A stretch of 39,281 nt of DNA from Puniceicoccales bacterium (GTDB lineage Bacteria > Verrucomicrobiota > Verrucomicrobiia > Opitutales > JAIRKQ01). The translations under genes and the position numbers were made by a program. Below, piece by piece: positions 18,637 through 28,364 of this stretch; position 1 is the first letter of the stretch, and each line of letters opens with the position of its first letter. The stretch is taken from assembly GCA_031268375.1 (NCBI GenBank), contig JAIRXJ010000042.1, positions 1 to 39,281 on the forward strand, read 5' to 3'. Below the pieces are notes generated by a model. The model was not told the DNA's origin, did not search any database, and saw nothing but the letters and a program-made list of their open reading frames with translations.

Positions 18637-19791
18637 ATGACCTATAACAGAGATAATCCATTTTTAGCACCTTTAAAATTTCGGAGAAGGTTGAATGGCC
18701 AGGCGAGCGATAAAAACGTCCAACATCTAATTTTCGATGTGAGCAATGGTGGCATATCCTATAAGTGTGGCGATTCGATTGCCGTACTCCCCAAAAACAA
18801 TGAAAGTGACGTAGCCGAAATTTTGCATTTGTTAAAAATAGCCCCTGAAACACAGGTTAAGCTCCCTTTCCTGGGGGGGAAAATACCGATTTTTTCTGCC
18901 CTAGGGGAATACCTTTGCATAACTAATTTGTCCGACCAATTTTGGAAGTGGCTTGGGGAAATCGAAACAAATTCCGACATGGGCTCATTCATCGGTGATA
19001 AAATACTCCGTCCCGATCCGGAATGTCAGGTTTTGGCAAAATCATATTCACTGTTGGAGATTTTAAAAAAATTCGATGGCCACTGCAAAGTAGAACCGGA
19101 CGAATTGGTATCCAAGTTACGCCGTTTGATGCCACGGCTATATTCCATCGCCTCATCTCCCCTCGCTAACCCGAATGAAATACACATTGTCGTTGGGGTT
19201 GTTAGTTATACAAATGCCACCGGAAATAAAAGAAATGGCATTGCATCAAATTATTTGGCCAACGATGCAAATATTGGGGAAGGTGTTAGGGTTTTTGTGG
19301 TAAAATCCATGTTCGCATTGCCGACAAATGCTGAGTCGAACATCATAATGGTTGGACCGGGAACTGGAATTGCACCGTTTAGGGGTTTTTTACAAGAAAG
19401 ACAATGCGTGGCGGACAAAGGTGGTAAAGTCGGGAAAAGCTGGCTGTTTTTCGGTGACAGAAATCACGGGACAACTTTTTTATTTGAGGAAGAGTTACAA
19501 ACTTTTAAAGATTCTGGCATTTTGACAAATCTGGATTTGGCATTTTCGAGGGACCAGGAAAATAAAATATACGTTCAGGATAGAATTTGGGAACATCGCA
19601 AAGAACTCTGGTCGTGGATTTCCAATGGAGCCCATGTTTATATTTGCGGCAATGCATCTAAAATGGCCGTAGACGTCGAAAATACCCTAAAGAAAATAGC
19701 CATGGAACTCGGAAACTTCACCGAAGATGAGACCAACGGTTTTTTCAAACTGCTAAAGGACAATCGACATTATCAAAAGGATGTTTATTAA
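18637..19791 (+). CDS. sulfite reductase flavoprotein alpha-like FAD/NADPH oxidoreductase lacking the flavodoxin domain
   Basis: PRLYSIASSP, GIASNYL, MVGPGTGIAPFRGFL, WLFFG, AFSRDQ..KIYVQD, YICG, YQKDVY. Confidence 0.9.
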   Translation: MTYNRDNPFLAPLKFRRRLNGQASDKNVQHLIFDVSNGGISYKCGDSIAVLPKNNESDVAEILHLLKIAPETQVKLPFLGGKIPIFSALGEYLCITNLSDQFWKWLGEIETNSDMGSFIGDKILRPDPECQVLAKSYSLLEILKKFDGHCKVEPDELVSKLRRLMPRLYSIASSPLANPNEIHIVVGVVSYTNATGNKRNGIASNYLANDANIGEGVRVFVVKSMFALPTNAESNIIMVGPGTGIAPFRGFLQERQCVADKGGKVGKSWLFFGDRNHGTTFLFEEELQTFKDSGILTNLDLAFSRDQENKIYVQDRIWEHRKELWSWISNGAHVYICGNASKMAVDVENTLKKIAMELGNFTEDETNGFFKLLKDNRHYQKDVY

Positions 19792-19829
19792 AGTTAGCTG
19801 CCTCTAACATCGACGAATCAGCTTCCTTG

Positions 19830-20750
19830 CTAAAATTTATCCCGCTGGTGAAACTTTCTATAGTCAGATATGAGGCGCTTCCTGTCGACGGTCGTATAAA
19901 TTTGGGTAGTGGAAATATCCGCATGGCCAAGCATCTCCTGTATGGAACGCAAATCTGCTCCATTTTCTAGTAGGTGTGTGGCAAAGGAATGGCGTAGGGT
20001 GTGAGGAGTTACGGATTTTTCTATCCCCGCCAGTTTTATGTATTTTTTTAAATGCACCCATACGGTTTTTCTGGATAATTTGCGGCCCGTTATCCCTATG
20101 AAAAATGTGCTATCCGTTTTAGATTTTACGAATTTTGGACGTGTGACGGTCAGATACCGTTCCAGTTTTGATTTGGCAATGGATCCAAAGGGGACACTTC
20201 TTTCCTTTGCTCCCTTGCCATACACCCTCAAAAAGCAGTTTTCAAAATCGATGGCCTGTATTTTGATATCACACAATTCGGACACTCTCAGTCCGCTGCT
20301 GTAAATCAGTTCGAACATTGCACTGTCCCGCATAGCCAGTGGAGATTTTTCTCCATCCAATTCCAAGATTTTTGCCACTTCCTCCGATGTCAATGTGTCC
20401 GGTAGTTTTCGCATACAGCGGGGACGTTTCAATTGCTTGGCAACGTCCAAATTTGCCATGTTTCGGGATTTGGCAAATTTAGAAAACGACCGCAAGGCGG
20501 ACAATTTCCTTGCCACCGTGGCCGACGAACACCCAGATTTGTCCAGAAACATTAACCATTGGCGCAGCATTTCCAACGAAACCTCTGACCAACTTTTTAG
20601 GTTTAGGGCGTGCTTCGAAAAAAAGTCTAGGAGGGTTAATAGATCATTTTCATAGCTGGCTACGGTGTTTTTGCTACTTCCCCTTTCCAATTCCAGGTGT
20701 ACGAGGAAGGCATCGATGTCTCCTTTCAAAACTGATGCCGTTTCATCCAT
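19830..20750 (-). CDS. xerD: site-specific tyrosine recombinase XerD
   Basis: LELERGSSKNTVASYENDL, YSSGLRVSEL, GKGAKERSVP, TPHTLRHSFATHLLENGADLRSIQEMLGHADISTTQIYT. Confidence 0.9.
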   Translation of the reverse strand: MDETASVLKGDIDAFLVHLELERGSSKNTVASYENDLLTLLDFFSKHALNLKSWSEVSLEMLRQWLMFLDKSGCSSATVARKLSALRSFSKFAKSRNMANLDVAKQLKRPRCMRKLPDTLTSEEVAKILELDGEKSPLAMRDSAMFELIYSSGLRVSELCDIKIQAIDFENCFLRVYGKGAKERSVPFGSIAKSKLERYLTVTRPKFVKSKTDSTFFIGITGRKLSRKTVWVHLKKYIKLAGIEKSVTPHTLRHSFATHLLENGADLRSIQEMLGHADISTTQIYTTVDRKRLISDYRKFHQRDKF

Positions 20751-21999
20751 CGGACTTTAAAATGCTTAGCTTGGCACGAAAACCTTCTTTCAATATCGAC
20801 TGTACCTCGGATGGTAGCCGTGACTTCTTTTTTTCAGAGTCATCGTCGGAAGTGGAAATGGGCTGATTTTTCGTGTCTTCGGATTTTAATGCCCGAATGT
20901 CTTGTAGGATGGCATCGATGGCACGGGATTGCCCCCGTTCAGCAGCTTTCAATAGGGTGGTTTCAAAGTTTATGGTTTCGGAAATTCCGGTTTTGACGGA
21001 TTCTTTTGACCGGTGAATTTCTTCCAATATCCGAACCATGCGGTCAGGGTAATTGCCATCCCCATCCAAAATACTTTCCAATTGCTCGTAAATCCTCGCT
21101 TCTACATCGCACAGAACCCTATACATGTCACAGTTTTGCGATGAAACTTCATGGGAAATTTTTATGAGCTTTTTATAATCGCCGTAGTAAATGCTGCTAA
21201 TTATGCCATCAATGGTATTGTCGTCGGCTAACCCATAGGCAAGGTTTATTGCTTCTGGGGTTATTTCGTTTCCACAGAAGGTTGCCATTCGGTCAAGGAT
21301 CGATTCCGCATCCCTAACACCTCCGTTGGCAAGGCGGGCGATTGTGAGGAGTGCTCCTTCGGAGATTTTCATTCCTTCGCTCCTGACGATTGCAGATAAT
21401 TTTTCGGCCAAGGTGGAAATCGGTACGGGCCGGAAAGAAAACCGTTGGCATCGGGATGTTATGGTTGGCAAAACTTTGTGCGCCTCGGTGGTGGCAAAGA
21501 TAAATTTTACGTGGGCCGGTGGCTCTTCGAGGGTCTTGAGTAACGCATTAAAGGCGGCATTTGATAGCATATGCACTTCGTCGATGATATATATTTTATA
21601 TTTGCATGCAATGGGAGCATATCGGCATTCCTCGCGAAGATCTCGAATTTGCTCGACGGAATTATTTGATGCTCCATCGATTTCTATGACGTCCAGGCAG
21701 TTACCCGATGCTATGGAATGTGAAATTTCATCGTCGGGGTCGAAATCTACGGAGGGCCCACCGCTAGCATTCAGAGCCATGGCCAATAGACGGGCGGTGG
21801 TAGTTTTCCCTGTTCCCCGAGGCCCAACGAATAGGTAAGCATGGGCAACACGATCCATATTTATGGCATTGGTTAATGTCCTAACGATGTGATCCTGCCC
21901 AATGATCTCTTTAAAAGTTTTTGGGCGCCAGCGAAGAGCAATTACCCTGTATTGGTTCTGACTTTTATCCAAATTTCCTTCCACAAAACTTTTCTGCAT
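20743..21999 (-). CDS. dnaX: DNA polymerase III subunit gamma/tau
   Basis: RWRPKTF, GPRGTGKT, EIDGASNNSVEQIR, IIDEVHML, LLKTLEEPP, TITSRCQRF. Confidence 0.96.
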   Translation of the reverse strand: MQKSFVEGNLDKSQNQYRVIALRWRPKTFKEIIGQDHIVRTLTNAINMDRVAHAYLFVGPRGTGKTTTARLLAMALNASGGPSVDFDPDDEISHSIASGNCLDVIEIDGASNNSVEQIRDLREECRYAPIACKYKIYIIDEVHMLSNAAFNALLKTLEEPPAHVKFIFATTEAHKVLPTITSRCQRFSFRPVPISTLAEKLSAIVRSEGMKISEGALLTIARLANGGVRDAESILDRMATFCGNEITPEAINLAYGLADDNTIDGIISSIYYGDYKKLIKISHEVSSQNCDMYRVLCDVEARIYEQLESILDGDGNYPDRMVRILEEIHRSKESVKTGISETINFETTLLKAAERGQSRAIDAILQDIRALKSEDTKNQPISTSDDDSEKKKSRLPSEVQSILKEGFRAKLSILKSDG

Positions 22000-22292
22000 A
22001 GAATCCTATGATGTGCAGATCCTGCAAGTTATCTCCCCAAAGTAAAGTGATATCAAAACGCTCTACGGGGAAAATTTTTGTGAAAACCCATGGCCAAATC
22101 CACGGGCCCGATTGCAAGCATGATGTCCGCCACAATGCCCCTAATTTGGAACGAAATTTTATGAACATCCATTGGAAATGGGATGGGTGAATTAAAATTT
22201 ATATAAAAAATTTTTATCCGCTCCGCCTTTCGTGGGAACGGTGCTCAGCACATATTTTGCATTTTTCCTAACCAAATTTTCCATAATATTTA

Positions 22293-22342
22293 TTGACTGT
22301 GGGGAAAAATGGGAGATACTGTTTGAAAGTGGTGAATTTGGG
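22293..22342 (+). promoter_or_regulatory. mraZ promoter with MraZ-box (dcw) repeats
   Basis: TTGACT-N16-GATACT overlapped by GTGGG (22299), ATGGG (22309), GTGGT (22329), TTGGG (22338) at ~10-nt periodicity. Confidence 0.7.
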
Positions 22343-22353
22343 CAAAGGTCAAA

Positions 22354-22812
22354 ATGTTGCAAAATTCGAATAATATTTATGTAGGTGAGCATCGTCGCAA
22401 CCCGGACGAGAAGGGTAGGGTATTATTGCCGGCAAAATGGAGGTTCGGGTCCGAACAACATGAGGTATACATTGCCATCCCTAATCCATCCGGATGCATA
22501 ATCGTTTACCCTCCCAAAATGGTAGAAAAATTGAGAGAAAAGGCTTCCAATGTAAGCCTAGGAGATAAAAAGGGTCAAAAAACCCTCACGAAACTTTTTT
22601 CGAAGGCTGACCAGCTTACCTGTGATAGCCAGGGGAGGATTTTGCTCAATCAAATGCTCTGTGCCCATGGAGGATTAAACAGGGAAATCCTGATGGTGGG
22701 TAATTTCATAACGTTTAGCATCTGGGATCCGGTAAGGTACGAAAAATATTTGAGTAAGGATGAGGAAGAAGAAGATGAAATCAGCGTAATTTTAACACAG
22801 CTTGGACTATGA
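22354..22812 (+). CDS. mraZ: transcriptional regulator MraZ
   Basis: DEKGRVLLPAKWR and DSQGRILL SpoVT/AbrB repeats; upstream of rsmH. Confidence 0.93.
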   Translation: MLQNSNNIYVGEHRRNPDEKGRVLLPAKWRFGSEQHEVYIAIPNPSGCIIVYPPKMVEKLREKASNVSLGDKKGQKTLTKLFSKADQLTCDSQGRILLNQMLCAHGGLNREILMVGNFITFSIWDPVRYEKYLSKDEEEEDEISVILTQLGL

Positions 22813-23753
22813 TAGAAAAGGCACAGTTATCACTATCCCACTGTTCGGTTCTTCTGAATGATGTCGCAAAATGGTTAAACCCATCCAAGGGTGGACAATT
22901 TCTGGACTGTACATTTGGGGGTGGAGGACACAGTGAAGCCTTGTTGCAGGCCAATGAAAAGAACTTTGTCTATGCCATTGACCGTGATCCAAGTGCTAAG
23001 CAACGGGCCCAAAAGCTTTCGTTGACCCACAGTAACTTTAGGTTTTATCAGGTCAATTTTTCCGAGATTGGCTGCCTGCGTGTGCCTCCATTGGACGGCA
23101 TTGTAATGGATTTAGGAGTTTCATCCTTCCAACTCGACGATGAAAACAGAGGGTTTTCTTTTAAGTATCACAGCCCACTGGACATGCGCATGGACAATAG
23201 TCGTGGGATCACGGCGGCGGACTTTCTATGCAAAGCTAGTGAACGGGAATTGATAACAGCCATTCGGGACTATGGAGAGGAGGAATATTGGAAAAAAATC
23301 ATCTCTAGTATCTTGGACAACAGAAAAAATCCGGATATGAAATATGCTGATAGTTTTGCCAAAATCATCTCCGGCTGTATTCCCAAAAAAAAGGGACAAA
23401 AAATTCATCCAGCTACCAAAACATTTCAAGGGATAAGAATTTTCATCAACGATGAATTGGGTTCCCTAGAAGCAGCATTGCCCATTTTGTTCGACAAATT
23501 AGCGATGGGTGGTCGACTAGCCGTAATCAGTTTTCATTCGCTGGAGGACAAAATCGTCAAAAAGTTTTTCAACCAAATGGCAGGGAAAGCGATCGATAAA
23601 TTCGATAGTCAACCTCAGCAAGAGCGAATTTCCTATGGCAATATTTTGACAAAAAAACCGATTATTTCCGATGAAACCGAAGTTGATTATAATCCGCGCA
23701 GCCGATCTGCCAAACTACGCATTTTAGAAAAAACACGCAACATACTAGATTGA
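22809..23753 (+). CDS. rsmH: 16S rRNA (cytosine1402-N4)-methyltransferase
   Basis: DCTFGGGGHS, DLGVSSFQLD, RGFSF, LDMRMD, HPATKTFQGIRI, ISFHSLED, NPRSRSAKLR. Confidence 0.96.
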   Translation: MIEKAQLSLSHCSVLLNDVAKWLNPSKGGQFLDCTFGGGGHSEALLQANEKNFVYAIDRDPSAKQRAQKLSLTHSNFRFYQVNFSEIGCLRVPPLDGIVMDLGVSSFQLDDENRGFSFKYHSPLDMRMDNSRGITAADFLCKASERELITAIRDYGEEEYWKKIISSILDNRKNPDMKYADSFAKIISGCIPKKKGQKIHPATKTFQGIRIFINDELGSLEAALPILFDKLAMGGRLAVISFHSLEDKIVKKFFNQMAGKAIDKFDSQPQQERISYGNILTKKPIISDETEVDYNPRSRSAKLRILEKTRNILD

Positions 23754-23755
23754 AT

Positions 23756-24148
23756 ATGGAAAATAAGTCAGACAGATTTTTTCAAATTTGTACATTGTTG
23801 TGCATAGGCGGTGTTTTTATATCATTTTTTCTGTCTTTGTCTTTGGTTAAAGCGAGGCAAAACATAATATCATGGGGGCGAAAAATATCAGAACATGAGC
23901 GGGTTTTATCCCTATATATCACAAAAAACACAGAACTGGATAGGGAAATTTTAAAACTTAGCTCTACCCAATCCTTACATGAATTCATCGAAGTAAATGG
24001 CCTTGTGGTTGCAGGTGTACACAATACGGTAAAAGTGTCAAAAATGGATGTCAATTTTTATGCTCTAAACCATTCGGCTAATAAAGTTGCAAATCGACTT
24101 CCCCAGGAAAAATTTCCAAAACAAACTAGTCTAACCATGCGTAACTAA
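23756..24148 (+). CDS. bitopic membrane protein with coiled coil, probable FtsL-like
   Basis: N-terminal TM plus coiled coil, in the canonical position after rsmH. Confidence 0.55.
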   Translation: MENKSDRFFQICTLLCIGGVFISFFLSLSLVKARQNIISWGRKISEHERVLSLYITKNTELDREILKLSSTQSLHEFIEVNGLVVAGVHNTVKVSKMDVNFYALNHSANKVANRLPQEKFPKQTSLTMRN

Positions 24149-24224
24149 AATTACGGCAATTGTAATAGGTAAACGCATAATCCCTAGGGGCAGGGCTCAT
24201 AAAAGAGATGCTATGAACCTGACC

Positions 24225-26393
24225 CTAGGTTGGTAGGTACAGCCCCGTCAATCGTTTTGTCCTTTCCTTATTTTGAGCTGCAATGGAATATGCCCTGGGG
24301 TCTCCAACGATAAACACTTTATTTTTTCCACGCGTGATGGCAGTATACAGAAGGTTGCGCTGCAACATTATGTAATGCTGTTTCAACAGTGCAATTATTA
24401 CGATGGGAAATTCACTACCCTGGGATTTGTGTATGCTTATGGCATAGGCCAAATGGATATCCGACAAATTCCCTTTGTTTAGGCATATGGTCTCATTTCC
24501 GAATTTGGCCGTTGCCATATGATCATCGTCGTTCAAATAGGTTATATTGCCAAGATCTCCATTAAAGATATTCTTTTCATAATTGTTTCTTATTTGGATA
24601 ATTTTATCCGCGATTCTAAATTGTGTCCAAGGAACACCATATTCCTTTGGAATGAAGATATTTTGAAAAGTGGTGTTTAAATTTTCCGTTCCAATTATTC
24701 CCTGGTGTACGGGGACCAAAACTTGCACATCGTTGATCGGATCAACATTGTACCACATCGGAAGATACTTTTGACACAGGAGAGTTATCTTTTCCAGACA
24801 AATTTCAGGGGTTTCAGCCTCTATGAGGTGAAAATCGCGGGATGGATTGATGTCACCGAAGGAATGCATTATTTCTGGGCAATATTCCACCGCATGGATG
24901 ATGTTGTGAGCGACGGAAACGATTTCGCTGCAAGCTTCCTGGCGAAAAATTCTATCCAACCGCGTGACATGAAATTTCCCAGATTTTATAATGTCTCCCA
25001 ATACATTTCCTGGTCCCACGGAAGGCAATTGGTCGATATCACCGACAAGCAGCACGTGGGCGGTGGTTGGAAGCGCCCTAAACAATGAAGCAGCCAAGAA
25101 AACATCAACCATGCTTGCTTCGTCTACTACGATAAAATCCAATTTGAGAGGCGTAGATTCATCGTGCAAAAATGTGCGTTCCCCGGGCTTATATTGCAGT
25201 AACCTGTGAATGGTTTGGGCAGGTTTCCCTGTGGTTTCGGAAATTTTTTGGGCAGCACGCCCCGTGGGAGCACACAGGACGATGTTTGCTTTTTTGGCAG
25301 AAAGAATTGTCACAAGCGAACGAAGGATGGTCGTTTTCCCAGTCCCAGGACCACCGGTCAAGATCGATACTTTGTTTGTCAACGCGGCTTCGATGGCTGC
25401 AATTTGTGCCGGTGCAAATGCCAAACTCTCACGCTTTTGTACCCAGTCAATCGCTTTTTCTGTCCAAATATCGGGCAACGTTGAACTTTTATCGAAGAGA
25501 ATATTTTGTAAACACCTGGCTATGGTATCTTCCATATTTTTTAGCGATGACTTTTGTACGATTTCATCGGAAATCATGTACAACCTCCCGAAGGTGATTA
25601 ACTTTTCAACGCGTTCGTTTATCCTGTCGGGGGACAATTCCAACAAGATCTGTGCTGATTTTAGTAACTGTTGGCGATGGATACATGTGTGGCCATCATC
25701 TTCGGCCAGCGATAAAATGTGCATGATCCCAGCGTCGATACGGGATGAATGCGTGGAAGGAATGCCAAGATTTTTCGCAATTTTATCGGCCGTTTTAAAT
25801 CCCACCCCTTGCACTTCCTGGGCAACGCGATAGGGATCGGTTTCTAAAATTGTCCGTGCTCCAACACCATATTTTTCATATAGTTTGATGCACAGTGCGT
25901 TGGTCACATCATAGGTCTGCAAAAAAATCATGATGTCCCGTATGGCAAATTGGGAATCCCAGGCATCTTTTATTTTTGCCGCACGCTGTTTCCCAATTCC
26001 ATCAACCTCCAACAACCGAGCAGATTCGGTCGACAGAATATTAAACGTATCCGATCCGAAATAATCTACTATTTTCTTTGCATAGATTTTCCCAATTCCT
26101 TCGATCAATCCGCTGCCCAAATAGCGCCGAATACCCCTAATATCGGAAGGCAATTTGGACTCAAAGTGTTCCACATTAAACTGCTTCCCATGCCTCTCGT
26201 GGACCGTCCAATTTCCTGTCATTTCCAAGATTTCACCAGGCTGAACGCCCGGTAAAATTCCACACGCCGTTATTTTAGTTCCCGATTCCGATTCCTTAAC
26301 CTCTATGATGCTATAGAAATTGGCATCGTTTCGAAAAATAATCCTTTCGAGTACGCCTGCTATGGTTGGTTTCGACTCTTCTGTCTCGGTCAC
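24225..26393 (-). CDS. recD2: ATP-dependent RecD-like helicase RecD2
   Basis: YLGSGLIEGIG and GVGFKTADKIA HhH region, TGGPGTGKTT, APTGRAA, VDEASMVD, VGDIDQLPSVGPG, AYAISIHKSQGSEF, LLYTAITRG. Confidence 0.95.
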   Translation of the reverse strand: MTETEESKPTIAGVLERIIFRNDANFYSIIEVKESESGTKITACGILPGVQPGEILEMTGNWTVHERHGKQFNVEHFESKLPSDIRGIRRYLGSGLIEGIGKIYAKKIVDYFGSDTFNILSTESARLLEVDGIGKQRAAKIKDAWDSQFAIRDIMIFLQTYDVTNALCIKLYEKYGVGARTILETDPYRVAQEVQGVGFKTADKIAKNLGIPSTHSSRIDAGIMHILSLAEDDGHTCIHRQQLLKSAQILLELSPDRINERVEKLITFGRLYMISDEIVQKSSLKNMEDTIARCLQNILFDKSSTLPDIWTEKAIDWVQKRESLAFAPAQIAAIEAALTNKVSILTGGPGTGKTTILRSLVTILSAKKANIVLCAPTGRAAQKISETTGKPAQTIHRLLQYKPGERTFLHDESTPLKLDFIVVDEASMVDVFLAASLFRALPTTAHVLLVGDIDQLPSVGPGNVLGDIIKSGKFHVTRLDRIFRQEACSEIVSVAHNIIHAVEYCPEIMHSFGDINPSRDFHLIEAETPEICLEKITLLCQKYLPMWYNVDPINDVQVLVPVHQGIIGTENLNTTFQNIFIPKEYGVPWTQFRIADKIIQIRNNYEKNIFNGDLGNITYLNDDDHMATAKFGNETICLNKGNLSDIHLAYAISIHKSQGSEFPIVIIALLKQHYIMLQRNLLYTAITRGKNKVFIVGDPRAYSIAAQNKERTKRLTGLYLPT

Positions 26394-26596
26394 CTATTCT
26401 CCCCCATGGTAATGATTGGTGCGACATTTTTTGCCAAAAAACCCATCGTCTCCGCCCATGTGACTACTGGCAATGCATGCCTAATCTCGGTAATGTTTTG
26501 CATGGCTAACAAAAAACTCAGTAATCCAATAATTGCAAGTGTTTAAGCAATTTTCATGGGTTTGAACATAAACTGCGGGAAGGGGCACTAAAAGTG

Positions 26597-27610
26597 CTAA
26601 TAGTTTAAAATTTTCATGCCCTGCATGATATAGTTTTGTACATAATCTTTTACGGCGGTTTTTAGAGGTGTAATTTGCTGGTCATATCCTAGGCTGTACA
26701 GTTTCGAAATATCTGCACACGTATGGTATTGGTATTTATCTTTTAACTCACCCGGCATATCGATAAATTCTATGCAGGCTTCCCTGCCCATGGCTTCAAA
26801 AATGGACAGTGCTAATTCTTTCCATGTGGATGCTACTCCAGAACCAAGATTATAAGTACCATAGGTGGGATTCCCATTGACCACTTCTGGAACTTCTGCC
26901 AAAAATATTGTCATGGCAACGGTATCTTTTACATACAAAAAATCCCGCCTCTGTTCCCCATCCTTGAACTCCTGTCTGCCACTTTTGAACAGGTACACCT
27001 TGCCACTTGCGAGAATTGATTCGTAGGCCTTTAATACCATGCTACGCATGTTGCCCTTGTGATATTCATTGGGGCCGAAAACATTGAAATATTTCATGCC
27101 ATGGATACGTAAATTGTTCCTAGCGGCATACAAATCAAAGAGATGCTTGGAATATCCGTACATGTTCAATGGGCGTAGGGCGGTGTTCGGAAAAACTTCA
27201 TCGGACATTCCCCGAGAACCATCCCCATAGGTGGCTGCCGATGATGCATAGACAAAACGGATATGTTCGCTGTGTGCAAAATTTGCCAATGTCTTTGTGT
27301 ATTCGTAGTTGTTTTTAATCAAATGGGCCGCATTCTTTTCCGTGGTTGATGCACATGCTCCCAGGTGAAAAATATGAGTAACCCCATTCAGTTTGGGATC
27401 TTTTTTTTCTATCATATCAAGCATGGTATCCGCTTCGACATAATCGTTAAACCGCAAAGGAACAAGGTTGAGAAATTTATCGTCATTGCCTAAAAAATCT
27501 GAAATAATGATATTTTCAAACCCCCTGTTGTTCAATTCACCGACCAACGCACTCCCAATGAATCCAGCACCACCCGTGACTAAAATAGTTCCCGCCTCTG
27601 AAAGTTTCAT
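26597..27610 (-). CDS. hldD: ADP-L-glycero-D-manno-heptose 6-epimerase
   Basis: TGGAGFIGS, HLGACASTTE, YASSAATYG, PLNMYGYSK, YFNVFGPNEYHKGNMRS, YQYHTCAD. Confidence 0.94.
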   Translation of the reverse strand: MKLSEAGTILVTGGAGFIGSALVGELNNRGFENIIISDFLGNDDKFLNLVPLRFNDYVEADTMLDMIEKKDPKLNGVTHIFHLGACASTTEKNAAHLIKNNYEYTKTLANFAHSEHIRFVYASSAATYGDGSRGMSDEVFPNTALRPLNMYGYSKHLFDLYAARNNLRIHGMKYFNVFGPNEYHKGNMRSMVLKAYESILASGKVYLFKSGRQEFKDGEQRRDFLYVKDTVAMTIFLAEVPEVVNGNPTYGTYNLGSGVASTWKELALSIFEAMGREACIEFIDMPGELKDKYQYHTCADISKLYSLGYDQQITPLKTAVKDYVQNYIMQGMKILNY

Positions 27611-27772
27611 GGGCTTGGATGATTAAAATTTTTTGCCCATTGGCAATAGCCAACATAAAATGTACGAACTATTCAAGCTGTTATCTTTCTAAACATGGAC
27701 ATAGGAAGGACCCGAAAAGTGTGTGAGATTTTAACGTTGATTAAAGGTTTGGGATATGTATCTTGCTTGTCA

Positions 27773-28234
27773 ATGAAATGCCCGAAGTGCGGACATTTAT
27801 ATTCAAAGGTTACCGATACTCGCATTACTGCGGATATGACTTCCATCCGCCGCAGGCGCGTATGCCTAAAGTGTGGCCATAGGTTTTTTACGAATGAAAC
27901 CCTGTGCGTCGAGTACCCAGTGGTTATTAAACGGGATGGCCGAAAGGAAGAGTTTGATGGAGAAAAAATCAAAGCCGGACTAATGAAAGCATTTAAAAAA
28001 CAAAGCGGAATCAAGGAAAAAATTAACAATATCCTCAATGGAGTTCTGGCAGAAATTATTTCGAAATACCCGGAAAAAGTTCCTTCGGAGAAAATTGGAG
28101 ACATGATAATGGACCAACTGAGGACCAGCGAACCCGTCGCCTATCTGCGCTTCGCCAGCGTATACAAAAATTTCGAAACGGCAAAAGATTTCGCACTAGA
28201 ATTCGAACAGATGTTGCTAGACCTCCCCAAGTAG
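27773..28234 (+). CDS. nrdR: transcriptional repressor NrdR
   Basis: MKCPKCG...SIRRRRVCLKCGHRF zinc ribbon, ATP cone VIKRDG, VAYLRFASVYKNF. Confidence 0.95.
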   Translation: MKCPKCGHLYSKVTDTRITADMTSIRRRRVCLKCGHRFFTNETLCVEYPVVIKRDGRKEEFDGEKIKAGLMKAFKKQSGIKEKINNILNGVLAEIISKYPEKVPSEKIGDMIMDQLRTSEPVAYLRFASVYKNFETAKDFALEFEQMLLDLPK

Positions 28235-28364
28235 GAAATCAGGTAAAGAATTAAAATCTCAGTATCATATTTCTGCTACGGAATTTCCCGAATTTTTGAC
28301 ATAAATGATTGACATTTTCGAGCAAAAAAACACACCGCATGTCTGCGGTTTGGGAAGGAGATAT

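Noticed and set aside
19830-20750. Phage/ICE integrase marking an island around the T3SS genes
   Set aside because: The sequence is canonical XerD, translationally coupled to dnaX, with no att repeats or mobile genes nearby
22000-22290. SRP RNA (ffs) or other ncRNA upstream of dnaX
   Set aside because: No SRP helix-8 motif (CAGG...GGAA...AGCAG) found on either strand
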